A stretch of 64,000 nt of DNA from Chiloscyllium plagiosum (GCF_004010195.1 NC_057753.1:2583285-2647284), one strand, 5' to 3'; shown: positions 34,993 through 48,000, numbered from the stretch's first letter. The notes: generated by a model from the letters alone, not told the origin. Numbers and translations are program-made.

Positions 34993-35472
34993 AGGAGAAA
35001 GTGAGGACTGCAGATGATGGAGATCAGAGTCAAAGAGTGTGGCGCTGTTAAAGCACAGCAGATCAGGCAGCATCTGAGGAGCAGGAGAATCGACGTTTCG
35101 GGCATCAGCTCTTCATCAGGAATGAGGCTTGTGGGCCAAGGGGGCTGAGAGATAAGTGGGAGGGGAGTGGGGCTGGGGGTGAAGGTAGCTCGGAATGCGA
35201 CAGGTAGATGAAAGTGGGGGCTGAAAGTGATAGGTTGGAGAGGTGGGTGGAGCAGATGGGTGGGAAAGAGTGGTGCTGAGTTGAAAGGTTGGGACTGGGA
35301 TAGGGTAAGGGGACATGGGGAACCTGGTGAAATCCATATTTCTCTCGTGTGGTTGAAGGGTCCCGAGGTGGAAATGAGGAGTTTTTCCTCCAGGCGTCGG
35401 GTGGCTAGTGTTCGGCGATGGAGCAGGCCCAGGACATGATGTCCTTGGGGTAGTAGGAGGGGGGAAATTAAA
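34993..35472 (-). mobile_element. Penelope family-1 3' fragment with hammerhead motif (35088-35123) and ~11-bp TSD
   Basis: Minus peptide VLGLLHRRTLATRRLEEKLLI; CTGATGAAGAGCTGATGCCCGAAACGTC. Flanks are gctttttgctt (34982-34992) and gctttttgttt (35473-35483). Confidence 0.85.
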
Positions 35473-35669
35473 GCTTTTTGTTTCGGGCAGCTTTTAGAGG
35501 AGACCTGGCTGGGCAAATATAATTTCTGTTCCAGAAAGGAGAATGGGAACATTCAAGGAACACCAACCGCTGTCTTATTGGTAAAGAAAACCTGCAGCCT
35601 CACATTCCTATATTTCAGTGAATGACTACTACAGTCTATTGAAAATATTTAATCTGTGAAGCTAAATTT

Positions 35670-37215
35670 CATTAGACTCCTACAGCACAGAAGCGAACCT
35701 TTGGCCCACTCTGCGCTGACCTAACTATTATAATCCCACTTTCCAGCACTTGGCCCCAAAATTTTGAAGCTGGGTGAAAACATTTGTTCCTCAAATCCCC
35801 TCTCAACCTCCTGCCCTTGAACTGAAAATTATGCCCCCTTGTTCTTGTTAATCCTACAACTCAGGGGAACAGCAGCTTCCTATCTACCCTTACATGCCGC
35901 ACAATCTTATACACCTCAGTCAGTTCATTTCTCAACCTTGTGTGCTCGAAAGAAAACAATTTTGGGTCTATCTACCGTCCCTCTGCTTGAAAATACTGCA
36001 CTTCAGGCAACATCCTGTTTAATCTCCTCTGCACCCCCTCCAGTGTAATCGCACCCTTCCTGTGGTTTGGTGACCAGAACTGCACTAAGTACTCCAGGTG
36101 TGGCCTAGCCAAAGTCCACATCCAACTCCACATGATTTCTTGGCTCTGTGCCCTGACTGATAAAGGCAATTGTCTTGTCTGCCTTCTTAACTACCCTATC
36201 AAGATATCTTGTTGCTTTCAAGAATTTGAAGACCCTTAACTTTCTATTAGAACATAGAACATTCCAGCGCTGTACAGGCCCTTCGGCCCTCGATGTTGCG
36301 CCTACCTGTGGAACCAATCTGAAGCCCATCTAACCTACACTATTCTATTTTCATCCATTTGTTTATCCGATGACCATTTAAATGCCCTTAAAGTTGGCGA
36401 GTCTACTACTGTTGCAGGCAGGGCATTTCACACCCCTACGCGTAAAGAAATATCTCTGACACCTATCTTATATGTAACACTCCTCAGTTTCAATCTATGT
36501 CCCCTCATGCTAGCCATCACCATCTGAGGAAAAGGTCTTTCACTGTCCACTCTATCTAACCCTCTGATTATCATTTGTATGTCTCAATTAAGTCACCTCT
36601 CAACCTTCTTCTCTGTAATGAAAACAGCCTTAAGTCTCTCAGCCTTTCCTCAAAAGACCTCCCCTCTATACCAGGCAACATCCAAGTAAATCTCCTCTGA
36701 ATCCTTTCCAAAGCTTCCACATCCTTCCTGTGATGCGGTGACCAGAACTGTACGCAATACTCCAAGTGGGGCTGCACCAGAGTTTTCATGTCTCCAGTAT
36801 GCCTTCTCTTGTTAATTCTTCCAAAGTGCATCATCTCATACTTCTCAGGGTTAAATACCATCTGCCACTGATCTGCACATCTGACCAATCCATTTCCATC
36901 ATCTTACAACCTAAGACTTGCTTCGCTATTAACCACCTGGTCAGCCTTTGTGTCATTCCCAAAATTGCACGTCATCCCTCACACACTCATCTCTATGATT
37001 AATATGTATAACACACAATAAGAGACCCAGCACTGATCCCTGTGGCATGCTACTGAACATGGGCCTCCAGTCACTTAAACAGCCTTCTTTACCAACCTCA
37101 GTCTTCTACCACTAAGCCAATTTTGTAGCAACTTGCCAAGTTTTCCTGAATCTCATGTGCGTTTTTATCCGTCTCCTGTGTGGGTCCATGTTAAAGGCTT
37201 TCGTGAAATTCATAT
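35670..37215 (-). mobile_element. Nested CR1 fragments (younger 3' end at 36245-36770 inside an older copy)
   Basis: Two RPHLEY/QPHLEY..QFWSP segments; agaacatagaac tail at ~36249. Confidence 0.8.
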
Positions 37216-38060
37216 AAACGGCCTCATTCTGGGTCTCACTTGTTCAGTAGGAACATGCGGGATCACGGGGGTTGCAAAGGTAGCGAGTCTGTTTCAGTAC
37301 ATGGTTGAAGAGCTTCAGGGCAGAGGAGATGACCTGGGGTTTGTAGTGAGAGAGAGACTCACTGAGATTCTTGTGGAGAGAGGAGAAGAACTTCTTCAAG
37401 GTAGGCGTCCTTGCAAGAGAATTCGCAGTAAGGTTAAAATCAACTTCGCAAAAGTGACGACTGCAGATGTTGAAAACCAGAGTCTAGATCAGTGTGGTGC
37501 TGGAAAAGCGCAGCAGGTCAGGCAGCATCCAAAGGAGCAGGAAAATCGATATTTCGGGCAAAGGCCCTTCATCATGAATAGAGGCAGGGAGCCTCCGGGG
37601 TGGAGAGATAAGTGGGGGGCAGCTGGGGAGAAGATAGCATAAAGTACAATAGGCGAATGGGGGTGGGGATGAAGGTGATAGGTCAGAGAGGAGGGTGGAG
37701 CAGATAGGTGGGAAGGAAGATTGGCAGGTTGGACAGGTCATGAGGACAGTGCTGAGCTGAAAGGTTGGAACTGAGGTAAGGTGGGGGGGGAGGGGAAATG
37801 AGGAAACTGGTGAAGTCCACATTGATGCCCTGGGGTTGAAGTGTCCTGAGGCGGAAGATGAGGCGTTCTTCCTCCAGGCGTCGGGTGGTGAGGGAGCAGC
37901 GGAGGAGGAGGCCCAGGACCGGCATGATCTCGGCAGAGTGGGAGGGGGAGTTGAAATTTTGGGCAATTGACTGGCTGATGAAGGGCCTTTGCCTGAAACA
38001 TCGATTTTCCTGCTTCTCGGATGCTGCCTGATCTGTGCTTTTCCAGCACCACTCTGATCT
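37216..38060 (-). mobile_element. Penelope family-1 element: 3' ORF, terminal repeat, start of ORF, and a short inverted terminal piece
   Basis: TTRRLEEERLIFRLRTLQPQGINVDF (GIY-YIG C-terminus); terminal repeat at 37450-37580; inverted copy at 37975-38060. Confidence 0.85.
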
Positions 38061-38239
38061 AAAAACATGTGGGATCATAGCAGGTTGTTTCTGATCTATT
38101 TTCAGTCGCAGGCTTTCGCAGGAGATTTTACAGTTGAAAACCGTAGAATTGTTTAAAATGTACTTGGTTATCTATAATTTTGAGCTCTTCTGTTGTTTTC
38201 TTTTGTCAGTTTTGTTTTAACTATGGGTTCATCAGTGTG

Positions 38240-38447
38240 TCAAAAATCGCACCACACCAGGTTATAGTCCAACAGGTTTATTTGGAAGCGCTAGCTTTCG
38301 GAGCGCTGCTCCTTCATCAGATGATTGTGGATGATGGAGCAGTGCCCGAAAGCTAGTGCCTCCAAATAAAATCTGCTTGACTACAACCTAGTGTTGTATG
38401 ATTTTTAAAGTTGTCCAACCCAATCCAACACCGGCACCTCCAAATCA
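38240..38447. mobile_element. Penelope family-2 fold-back insertion
   Basis: Inverted arms with hammerhead-like cores. Flanks ttcatcagtgtg (38228-38239) and ttcctcaatgtg (38448-38459). Confidence 0.75.
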
Positions 38448-39709
38448 TTCCTCAATGTGGTTCTGGATCGATGTGCATTTACTACTGTTCCACCTCTGTC
38501 CTCTCTGTTATTGTCTAAGTTCCAATGTCACTAGTAGTGGCATGTTTGAACGAGGGTTGGTATTTTACTGATAATTCTCCCCGCGTATGGGGTGGTGGGG
38601 GGAGCGGGTAGAGGGCGGGAGTCCTGGATGTTGCCGATGTCCCAGATGATTACATGTGCAGGAGGTGCACCCAGCTGCAGAAGTTGGAGTTCCGGGTCTC
38701 GGATTTTGAGCGGTGGGTGGGGACACTGTGGGGCCTCCGCGAGGTGAGGTGGGAGGTAAGTGGATGGCACGCTTTCAGGCAGGTGGTCACAATACAGCTC
38801 AAGTGACTGGAGGAAGGAACGGAATGGAAGACCAGCAGACAGTCCATAAAGAACAGGCAGGTAGTGCGGGAGGCTCCTGGGGTCCTACTCACTCGCCGGT
38901 TTTCCGATTTTTGGAAGCTGGTCACTCAGGGAATGCAGTCAAGCCTCTGGCACCACAAGAGCCTTGACTGTATCGGGTGGAGAGGTTAGGAAGAGCAATA
39001 GAGGGAGGGGATTCTTTAGTCAGGGAAGCAGGCAGATGTTTTTGCAACCGAAGACGGGACTCCAGGTTGGTGTTGCTTGCCTTGTGCCAGGGTCAAGTAT
39101 GACTGAACGGCTGCAGTGCATCCTGAAATGGGAGAGTGATGAGTCAGAGGTACAAGTCGGTGGTACCAATGACGTGGGCAAATTGAGGAATGAGTTACTG
39201 CACCGAGAGCTCAGGGAGCTAGGCGGCAGATCAAGAAGTAGGGGCTCAATGGTTGTTGTCTCTGGATTACGTCCGGAGCTAGCAAGTTTAGAAATAGGAA
39301 AATAAAACAGTTGAATGCACGGCTCAAGAGTTAGTGCAAGAGGGAGGGTTTCGGATGCCAAGATCACTGGGAATGTTTTTGGGGAAGGTGGTACTTGTAC
39401 AAGTGGCACAGTCTGGACCCGAATCACGTTGGGCCCAACATCCTTGCAGGTAGATTTGTTAATGCTGTGGGGAGGTGTGGAAACTAGTCTGGCGGGGTGG
39501 GTGGGGGACACAGAATACAAAGAGGTGTGTCACAGTGAGTTGAGCTGTGTTGAGAGTCAAGAGAGGAGGGCAAGACCAGATGGTCTTGACTTTAATACTC
39601 GGCGTGTAACGGGCAAGACTGATGAGTTAATGTGGTTTGACACATGGAAGCATCACGGGCACATGGTTGAGGGAAGGGCTGGACTAGTAACTCAGCATTC
39701 CAGCGTATA

Positions 39710-39916
39710 AAGTTTAAAAATCACACACAACCAGGTTATTGTCCAGCAGGTTTATTTGGAAGCACTAGCTTTCAGTGCACTGCTCTTTCATCGACAACCA
39801 CCTGACGAAGGAGCAGCGCTCCGAAAGCTAGTGCTTCCAAATAAACCTGTTGGACTGTAACCTGGTGATGTGTGATGTTTAACTTTGTCCACCCCACTCC
39901 AACACCGGCTCCTGCA
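39710..39916. mobile_element. Penelope family-2 fold-back with 13-bp TSD and an intact hammerhead motif (39799-39833, +)
   Basis: CACCTGACGAAGGAGCAGCGCTCCGAAAGCTAGTG. TSD attccagcgtata (39697-39709) / attccagggtata (39917-39929). Confidence 0.85.
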
Positions 39917-41677
39917 ATTCCAGGGTATAGGATCTTGGAGCGAGACAGAGGAGAGTGTAAAAAGGGTGGGGGTGTATCACTTTTAATTAACGAGTCAAAG
40001 TACTGCAATAAGTAGAGAAGATGCCTTGGAAGGGTCCTCCAACCAGGATTTATGGGCAGAAATTGGGAACGTTAAGCCAGCGGCTACTTTACTGGGAATG
40101 CATTATAGGCCACCAAAGAGTCAAAGAGAAATCGAGGAGCAAATATGGAGACCGTTCACTGAGGTGTGTAAGAGTATTAATTGGGTAAAGATACTGGGGA
40201 GTTTCAACTTTCCCAGTGTAACTTGGGATAATTACTGTGTTAAGGATTTGGCGGGGGTGGATTTCCTGAATTTCTTTTTTGTCAATGCGTAGATAGCCCA
40301 ATAAAGGACGGCGTAGTGCTGGATCTGGTTCTGGGGATAGAAGCTGAGCGAATGTTCAATGTGGTAATGGGGGAACAGTGAGGCGATAGTGCCAACAACA
40401 CAGCATGGTTCAAATTCCTTTCTGGACAAGGAAAAAGAGTAGCTTTTGACTGGGTGGGAAGGCAGATTTTATTTGAACTAAGCAGGACTCTAGCCACAGT
40501 ACATTGGGAACAGCCCCTTGTAGGTAATTCGACAATGGAACACTGGAGGACATTCAAATGGGAGCTGGGAAGAGGACAGATCCGGTGTATACCCTGTCAA
40601 CTGAAATGTAGGAGCAAAATGTTCAGAAAACCCTGCATGTCTAGGATAATTCAAGGCTGGATAAAGAAGAGCAGTAGGGCTTTTCGCAAAGCCAAAGAGG
40701 TCAGTTCAACTGCGGCCCTAGAGAAATAAAGGAAGTGCAAGAGGGATTTTAAGAAAGAGATTAGAACAGCAAGGAGGCATGAGAAAGGACTTGCAGACAG
40801 GTTGAGGGAGAATCCTAAGGTACTTTATAAATACACTGAAGGAAGAGGTTAGCCGGGGACAGAGTAGGGCCCATTCGGAACCAATGGGGCAACATGTGAG
40901 TGAACACACAGAATGTTGGAAGGATGTTGAATGAATACAGAACAACCTCGATTATCTGAATAAAACAGGCGGGAGTATTTTGTTTGGATAACTGATTGTC
41001 CGGATAAACAAGACCTTGAGATCTTGTGCGGATAATCGTAAATTTGGATAATTGATGTTCAGATAACTGAGGTCGTTCTGTACTTCTCCTTGGTCTTCAC
41101 TCTGGAAAAGGAGAATATCGGTTTGAAATTCAGGAAAAAGGGACAGTGAGGAGCTTGTGCAGTTTGACAGAGGAAATGGGCAGTGGAGGCAGTGTCGGGC
41201 TTAAAACAAGACAAAATCTCCGGCACAGATGAATTGCACCCCAGGTTGCTGTGGGAGCCAAGGCAGGAAATTGCAGTGGCTTTGACGCACAGTTTAACTC
41301 CTCTCAGGCCACAGGGGAAGTGTCAGAGGACCAGAGGATACCGAACATGATTCCACTTTTTTAGAGATGTAATAGGAAATTATAGTCGGTGTGAGGGGAA
41401 CTGTTGGCGAATTAATGCCTACTTGGAAAGGCATGGGTTGATTAGAGAGAGAATGGCTTTGTCAGAAGGAGGTTATGCCTGACAAACTTGGTAGAACTTA
41501 CTGAAAATGTGACCAAGTGCGTTGGTAAGGGGCACTCAGTCGATATAGTTTATATGGATTTTACAAGGTCCCCCAGATTGAAGATTGATTCAGAAGGTTA
41601 AAACACATGGAACTGAGTGAAACTTGGTGAGATGGATCAGAAACTGGCTTAGTAATAGGACACAAAGTGTAGTGGTA

Positions 41678-42424
41678 GAAGGCTTTACGTTTGTGTGACT
41701 GAAGGTTGGTGTACACTAGTGTACCACGAGGATCAGTACTGGGATCTGAATTGTTCGAACAACGAAAATTACAGCACAGGAACAGGCCCTTTGTCCCTCC
41801 ATGCCTGCGCCAATCCAGATCCTCTATCCAAACGTATTGCCTATTTTCTAAGGGTCTGTATCCCTTTGTTCCCTGCCCATTCAGTATTTATCTAGATATA
41901 TCTTAAGTGACGCTAACGTGCCCGCCTCTACCACTCTGCTGGCAACGCGTTCCAGGCTCCCATCACCCTCTACGTAAAGACCTTTCCACACATACCTCCC
42001 TTAAACTTTTCCCCTCTTGCCTTGAACTCGTGACCCCTAGTAATTGAGTCGAAGGCTTTACGTTTGTGTGACTGAAGATTGGTGTACACTAGTGTACCAC
42101 GAGGATCAGTACTGGGCTCTGAATTGTTCGAACAACGAAGATTACAGCACAGGAACAGGCCCTTTGGCCCTCCATGCCTGCGCCAATCCAGATCCTCTAT
42201 CCAAACCTATTGCCTATTTTCTAAGGGTCTGTATCCCTTTGTTCCCTGCCCATTCATGTATTTATCTCGATACATCTTAAGTGACGCTATCGTGCCTGCC
42301 TCTACCACCTCTGCTGGCAACGCGTTCCAGGCTCCCATCACCCTCTACGCAAAGACCTTTCCACACATACCTCCCTTAAACTTTTCCCCTCTTGCCTTGA
42401 ACTCGTGACCCCTAGTAATTGAGT
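41678..42424. repeat. 373-bp tandem duplication spanning a CR1(+)/CR1(-) junction
   Basis: Copies start gaaggctttacgtttgtgtgactgaag at 41678 and 42051, and both end ..cccctagtaattgagt. ORF-track peptides are duplicated. Confidence 0.92.
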
Positions 42425-42762
42425 TCCCCCACTCTGGGAAAAGGCTTCTTGCTATCCACTCTGTCTCATGATTTTGGAGACCTCATTTAGATCCCCCTCC
42501 AACCTCCGTCTTTCTCGTGGAAATAGTCCTTATCTACTCATCCTCTCTTCAGAGCTAGCACCCTCCATACCAGGCAACATCCTGGTGAACCTCCTCTTTG
42601 TTATATAAATGAAAATGCGGGGGAAATGGTAAGCAAATTTGCAAACACCAAGACTGAGAGAGTGATTCATAGTGAAGAAATTGGTTGTCGGTTACAGGAA
42701 GATATAGATGGGTTGGTCAGACAGGACCCAGTGTCAGATGGTCTTTAATCTTGATAAGTTAG

Positions 42763-43100
42763 CTCACGCTCAGTGGTTAGCACTGCTGCCTCACAGTGTT
42801 AGGGATCCGGGTTCGATTCCAGCCTCAGGCAACTGTCTGCATGGCGTTTCCACAGTCTGCGCGGGTTTCTTCCAGGTGCTCCGGTTTCTTCCCACAATCC
42901 AAACATCTGCAGTGAGGTAGATTGGCCATGCCAAATTGCACGTAGTGTCTGGGATTGTGCTGGCTAGGCGGATTTGCCATGAGGAATGCAGGGTTAAAGG
43001 GATGGGATTGAGGTCTTGGTGGGGTGCTGTGTGGAGGGTTGGTGTGGGCTTGATGGGCTGAATGGCCTGCGTCGATACTGTAGGAATTCTATGATTCTAA
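42763..43100 (+). mobile_element. tRNA-derived SINE
   Basis: GCTCAGTGGTTAGCACTGCTGCC..GGGTTCGATTCCAG..tail ctgtaggaattctatgattcta. Confidence 0.85.
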
Positions 43101-43278
43101 TGGCGAGGTGATGCACTTTGATAGAAGAAACAAGATGGCGGCACATTCAATGAATGGCAGCACACTGGGTAGCTGACAGGAACAGAGGGATCTTGGGGTA
43201 ATTAGTCACAGATCCCTGGAGTTGGCAGAGCGCGTGAATTGGACAGTTAAGTCATATGGGACACATGCTTTCATCAGT

Positions 43279-43493
43279 GAAGAGTGTGGTGCTGGAAAAG
43301 CACAACAAGTCAGGCAACATCCAAGGAGTAGGAGAGTCGATATTTCGGGCATAAGCCCTTCCTGATGAAGGGCTTATGCCCAAAAAGTCGATTCCCCTGC
43401 TCCTGAGATGCTGCCTGACATGCTGTGCCTTTCCAGCACCACACTCTCAACTCTGATCTCCAGCATCTGCAGTCCTCACTTTCCCCTCCTTGT
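43279..43493. mobile_element. Penelope family-1 fold-back with 10-bp TSD
   Basis: Inverted arms around gggcataagcccttcctgatgaagggcttatgccc. TSD tttcatcagt at 43269-43278 and 43494-43503. Confidence 0.85.
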
Positions 43494-44255
43494 TTTCATC
43501 AGTTGTGGCATAGAGTACAAGAGCAAAGGAGGTAATGCTAGAGTTGGACAGAGCATTGATCAGGTACTGCTGGAGTACTGTGTGCAGTCTGGTCACCTCA
43601 CTACAGGAAGGATGTGAGAGCACTGGAGAGGGTACAGAGAAGAATCATGGTGATGTTTCTTGGGAAGGAGAAATAGTGCTATATGGAAAGATAGGATAGG
43701 CTTGGATTGTTTTCTTGTGAGCAGAGAAGACTGATTGAGATGTACAAGGTTATGAGAGGTACGGGTGGGGTGAACAGAGAGCAGCTGTACCCCTTGGTTG
43801 AGGGATCAGTTACGAGAGGGCAAGCGTTTAAACTATGCGATAGGAGATTCACTCGGCGAGTGGTGGGAATCTGGAATGCATTGCCTGTGAAGATAGTGAA
43901 GGCTGTAAATCTTACAGTCTTTGAAAATAAAAATTTGGACACCTACTTCAAATTATGATAACATTCAAGGAAGTTTGACAAGTGCAGAAAATTGCATTAG
44001 CACACTTTTGGTGGTAATTACGTTGGGCCGAAGGGTATTTTCTGTGATGTCTGTGATTATGATCGTGTCTCAATTTTATCTTACCTTTCCGTCGGACCTT
44101 TGACAATCTTGAATTGTCTCGCCCGTCCATCATGCATTTCCCTTCCAGTGAATATTGAACATCAACTTCTGTGCCATTTTCTATTCACCATAAATAATTG
44201 TGTACATCTGAAGCATTCTCCTTACACAGACACCTGCAGATATTGCCAATCCCCA

Positions 44256-44638
44256 AAGTAAATCGAGATACTGCAGATGCTGCTTTCTGTTCAGAGGTGC
44301 TAAAAGACTGATAGATCAGGAGATGGGCAGTGGTGGAAACCTGACTGAGACACGATCATAATCTCAGACAACACAGAAAATACCCTTCGGCCCATCGTAA
44401 TTACCACCAAAAGTGTGCTAATGCAATTTCCTGCACTTGTCAAACTTCCTTGAAAGTTATCATAATTTGAAGTAGGTGTCCAAATTTTTCTTTTCAAAGA
44501 CTAAGATTTCTAGCCTTCACTCTCTTCCCAGGCAATGCTGTGACTTCACGATAATTTCTGGTTATGTTTCAGATTTCCAGCATCAGCAGTTCTTTTGGCT
44601 TTTATGCTGCTGGACCACCTGAGATTCTTCTGTTTGTC
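44256..44638. mobile_element. Composite Penelope insertion containing an inverted copy of nearby DNA; 13-bp TSD
   Basis: TSD ttgccaatcccca at 44243-44255 and 44639-44651. PLE-like ends (atactgcagatgctg; tcagatttccagcatcagcagt). The core 44346-44540 is the reverse complement of ~43877-44072. Confidence 0.75.
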
Positions 44639-45046
44639 TTGCCAATCCCCAGTTGCCTGTGGGGAAGATGATGATTGACCTCCTCGAACCACTGCTGTCT
44701 GTGCAGTGTTGTTGATCCCACAGTGCTATAAGGTAAGGAGTTTCAGGTTCGTCCCCTACTGATGATGAAGTGGTAAGTGTCTAAATTCGTAGCAACAACT
44801 TTACATCTATATAGCACCTTTAACATCATATAGTGTTCCAACTGGTTCACAGAAATGCTAAAAAGCAGCATTTGACAAGGAGATTTTGTTAAGTTTCCAG
44901 TTGTGTTGTCGTTTTGTAAAATCACACTCCCGTCTCTCTTTCCCCCTGACTAGCATGGAGCTTAGAGTGTAGTAAAAGCCTAGATTCAGTGGCAGGTCCC
45001 CTTTCCTGAAGGATATTAGTAAATCAGTTCGGTTTATATGACAATC

Positions 45047-48000
45047 GAACATAGAACAGTACAGCACACTACTGGCCCATCGGCCCACAATTTTGTGCTG
45101 AGCATTTATCAAAATCTAAGACCAACCTAAACTACACACTTTATTGCCATCCATGTGCTTGTCCAGCAGTCGCTTAAATGTCCCTAATGTCCCTGACTCT
45201 ACTCCCACACTGGCAGTGCATTACCCACCACTCTCTGTGTGTAAAGAACCTACCTCTGACACCTCCCCAATACCTTCCTCTAATCACCTTACAATTATGC
45301 CCCCTGTGATAGCCATTTCTGCCCTGGGAAAAAATCTCTGGCCATCTACTCTGTCTAAACCTCACATTATCTTGTACACCTCTGTTAAGTCACCTCTCTT
45401 CCTTCTTCTCTCCAGTGTGAAAAGCCCTAGCGCACACGACCCCTCTTCATAAGACAAGCCCTCCAATCTAGGCAGCATCCTGGCAAATCTCCTCTGCACC
45501 CTCTCTAATGCATCGACATCTTTCCTATCATGAGAATGAGGCAATCAGAACTGGACACCATATTCCAAATGTAATCTTACCAGTGTTTTATAGAGCTGCA
45601 GCAAAATCTCATGGCTCTTAAGCTCAATCCCCCTGTTAATGAAAATCAAAACACCATACGCCTTCTTAACAACCCAATCAACTTGGGTTGCAACTTCGAG
45701 GGATTGATATATATGAACACAAAGATCCCGCTGTTTCTCCGCACTGCCAAGCATCCATTCTTTAATCCTGTATTCAGCATTCAAATTGGAACTTCCAAAA
45801 TGAATCACTTCGCATTTATCCAGGTTGAACTCCATCTGCCACTTCTCAGCCCAGCTCTACAACCTGTCAATCTCTTGTAGCTTGCAACAGCCCTCGACAC
45901 TATCCACAACATCACCGACCTTTGTGTCACTGGCAAACTTCCTAACCCACCCTTCCACTTCATCCAAGTCATTTATAAAAACTGCAAAGATCAGAGACCC
46001 AAGGACAAATATCCCACGGGGCACGACTAGTCACCAACCTCCAGACAGAATACTTTTCATCCAATACCACTCGCTGTCTTCTTTCAGCCAGCCAATTCTG
46101 TATCCAGACAGCCACATTTCCCTGTATCCCATACCTGCTAACTTTCCGAATGAGCCTACTGTGGGGAATCTTATTAAATGCCTTACTGAAATCCATATAC
46201 ACCACATTCCCTGCTCGATTTTCATCAACTTGTCTCGCCACACCCTCAAAGAACTCAATAAGACTTGTGAGGCAAGACATGCCCCTCAGAAAGTCACGCT
46301 GTCTTTATTCAAACTATGTTTTCCAAAATAATCGTAAATCCTATCTCTCAGAGTACGTTCCAGTACCTTGCTTACAGACGTAAGACTGGCTGGTCTGTAT
46401 TTCCCAGGGATTTCCCTCTTCCCTTCCTTGACAGAGGACCAACATTCTCCTTCTGGTACTACTCCCATGAAGAGTGACAATGCAAAGATCATAACCAGAT
46501 GTGCAGCTATCTAATTCCTTGCTTCCTGTAGTAATAAATCTGGTCCAGCCAGGGACCTTCTCTACCTTGATGCTTTCCATAATTTCCAGCACATCCACTT
46601 TCTTAATATCAATCTGTTCAAGTCTATCAACCTGGTCTCACTATCAGCAAGGTCCTTCTCCCCAGTGAATACTGAAGCAAAAAATCTCATTTCCGGCCTC
46701 TTCAGACTCAGACTCAATTTCCCCACTATCCCTCACCAGCCCTACCCTCTCTCTAATCATTCTCTTATTCCTCACGTTAGGGTTTCCCTAATCCTTGCCG
46801 CCAAGGTCTTTTGGTGCCCACTCCTAGCTCTCCTCAGTCCAATTTTGAGTTCTTTCCTAGCTATCCTGTAATCCTGTAATGTTGTGCCAGAACCTTGTTT
46901 CCTCAACCTTAAATAAGCTTCCTTCCTCCTCTTGGTGAGTAACTCCTCTTCTCTTGTCATCCAAGGCTCCTTCACCTTACCATTCCTTGTCTGACTCAGT
47001 GGGACAAAGTTATCCAACACTCACAACAAGTGCTCCTTAAAAACATCCTCCACATTTCTGTACAACAATTGCATTTCCCATAGAACAATTGTTGCCAATC
47101 TATTCTCTGCAGCTCCTGTTTAATAGCAGTAAAGTTTCCCTTTCCCTAATTAAATCCCTTCCCACACTGTCTGTTCCTATCCCTCTCCATGGCTATGATA
47201 AAGGTGAGGCAGTTATGGTCACTGTCACAGAGAGATCTGACACCTGGCCTGGCTCGTTGCTGAGCACCAAATCCAATTCGGCCTACCTACATATTTAATC
47301 AGGGATCCTTCCTGGGATCACCTGACAAAACCATCTCGTTCGAGACCATCTGAACTAAGGAGGTTCCAATCGATATTGGGGAAGTTGAAGTCACCCCTAA
47401 AGACAACTCTTGTCCAAATTGCTCCTTCCCAAGACCTGCTGTCTGATCTGTTCTTCCATCTCTCTGCTGCTATTAGTGGGTCTGTCGATAGCACAGCGTA
47501 AAGTGGCTGTTCCTTTCCAGTTACTGACTTCCAGCCATGCTGACTCAGTAGCCAAACCCTCCTCAACAACCTCCTTTTCTACAGCAATAATGCACTCTCT
47601 AATTAACAATACTACTACCCTCATCTTTTACCCCCTCTCTGTTCTTTTTAAAAGATCTAAACCCTGTAACATCCAGCAACCATTGCTGCCCCTGTGAAAT
47701 CCATGCCTCCATTATGGCCACAACATCGTAGTTCCAAGTACTGGTCCATGCTCTAAATTCATCCCTCTTATTCCTGACACTCCGTGCATTGAAACAGACA
47801 CACTTTAACCCATTCCTTTGCCCTATCAACTGTGCATCCTTCCTGTCAGGATCTCTGCATTCTATTTCTGTCCTTTCAACAACTACCCTCTCCTCTGGTC
47901 TGTAGCTCTAGTTCCCATCCCCCTGCCAAACTAGTTTAAACCCTCCCGAAGTGCTCGAGCACATCTCCTGTCTGCGACATTGGTGCCCCTCCAATTTAAG

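Larger units (their letters stand above)
38560..44072 (+). mobile_element. Near full-length, heavily decayed CR1 LINE with multiple nested insertions
   Basis: ORF1 zinc-finger/zipper DDYMCRRCTQLQKLEFRV (~38645), esterase VGTND-like (~39160), EN HYRPPK..GSFNFP, RT remnants, 3' end at ~44070. Nested: PLE 39710-39916, minus CR1 ~41757-42598, SINE 42763-43100, PLE 43279-43493. Confidence 0.85.
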
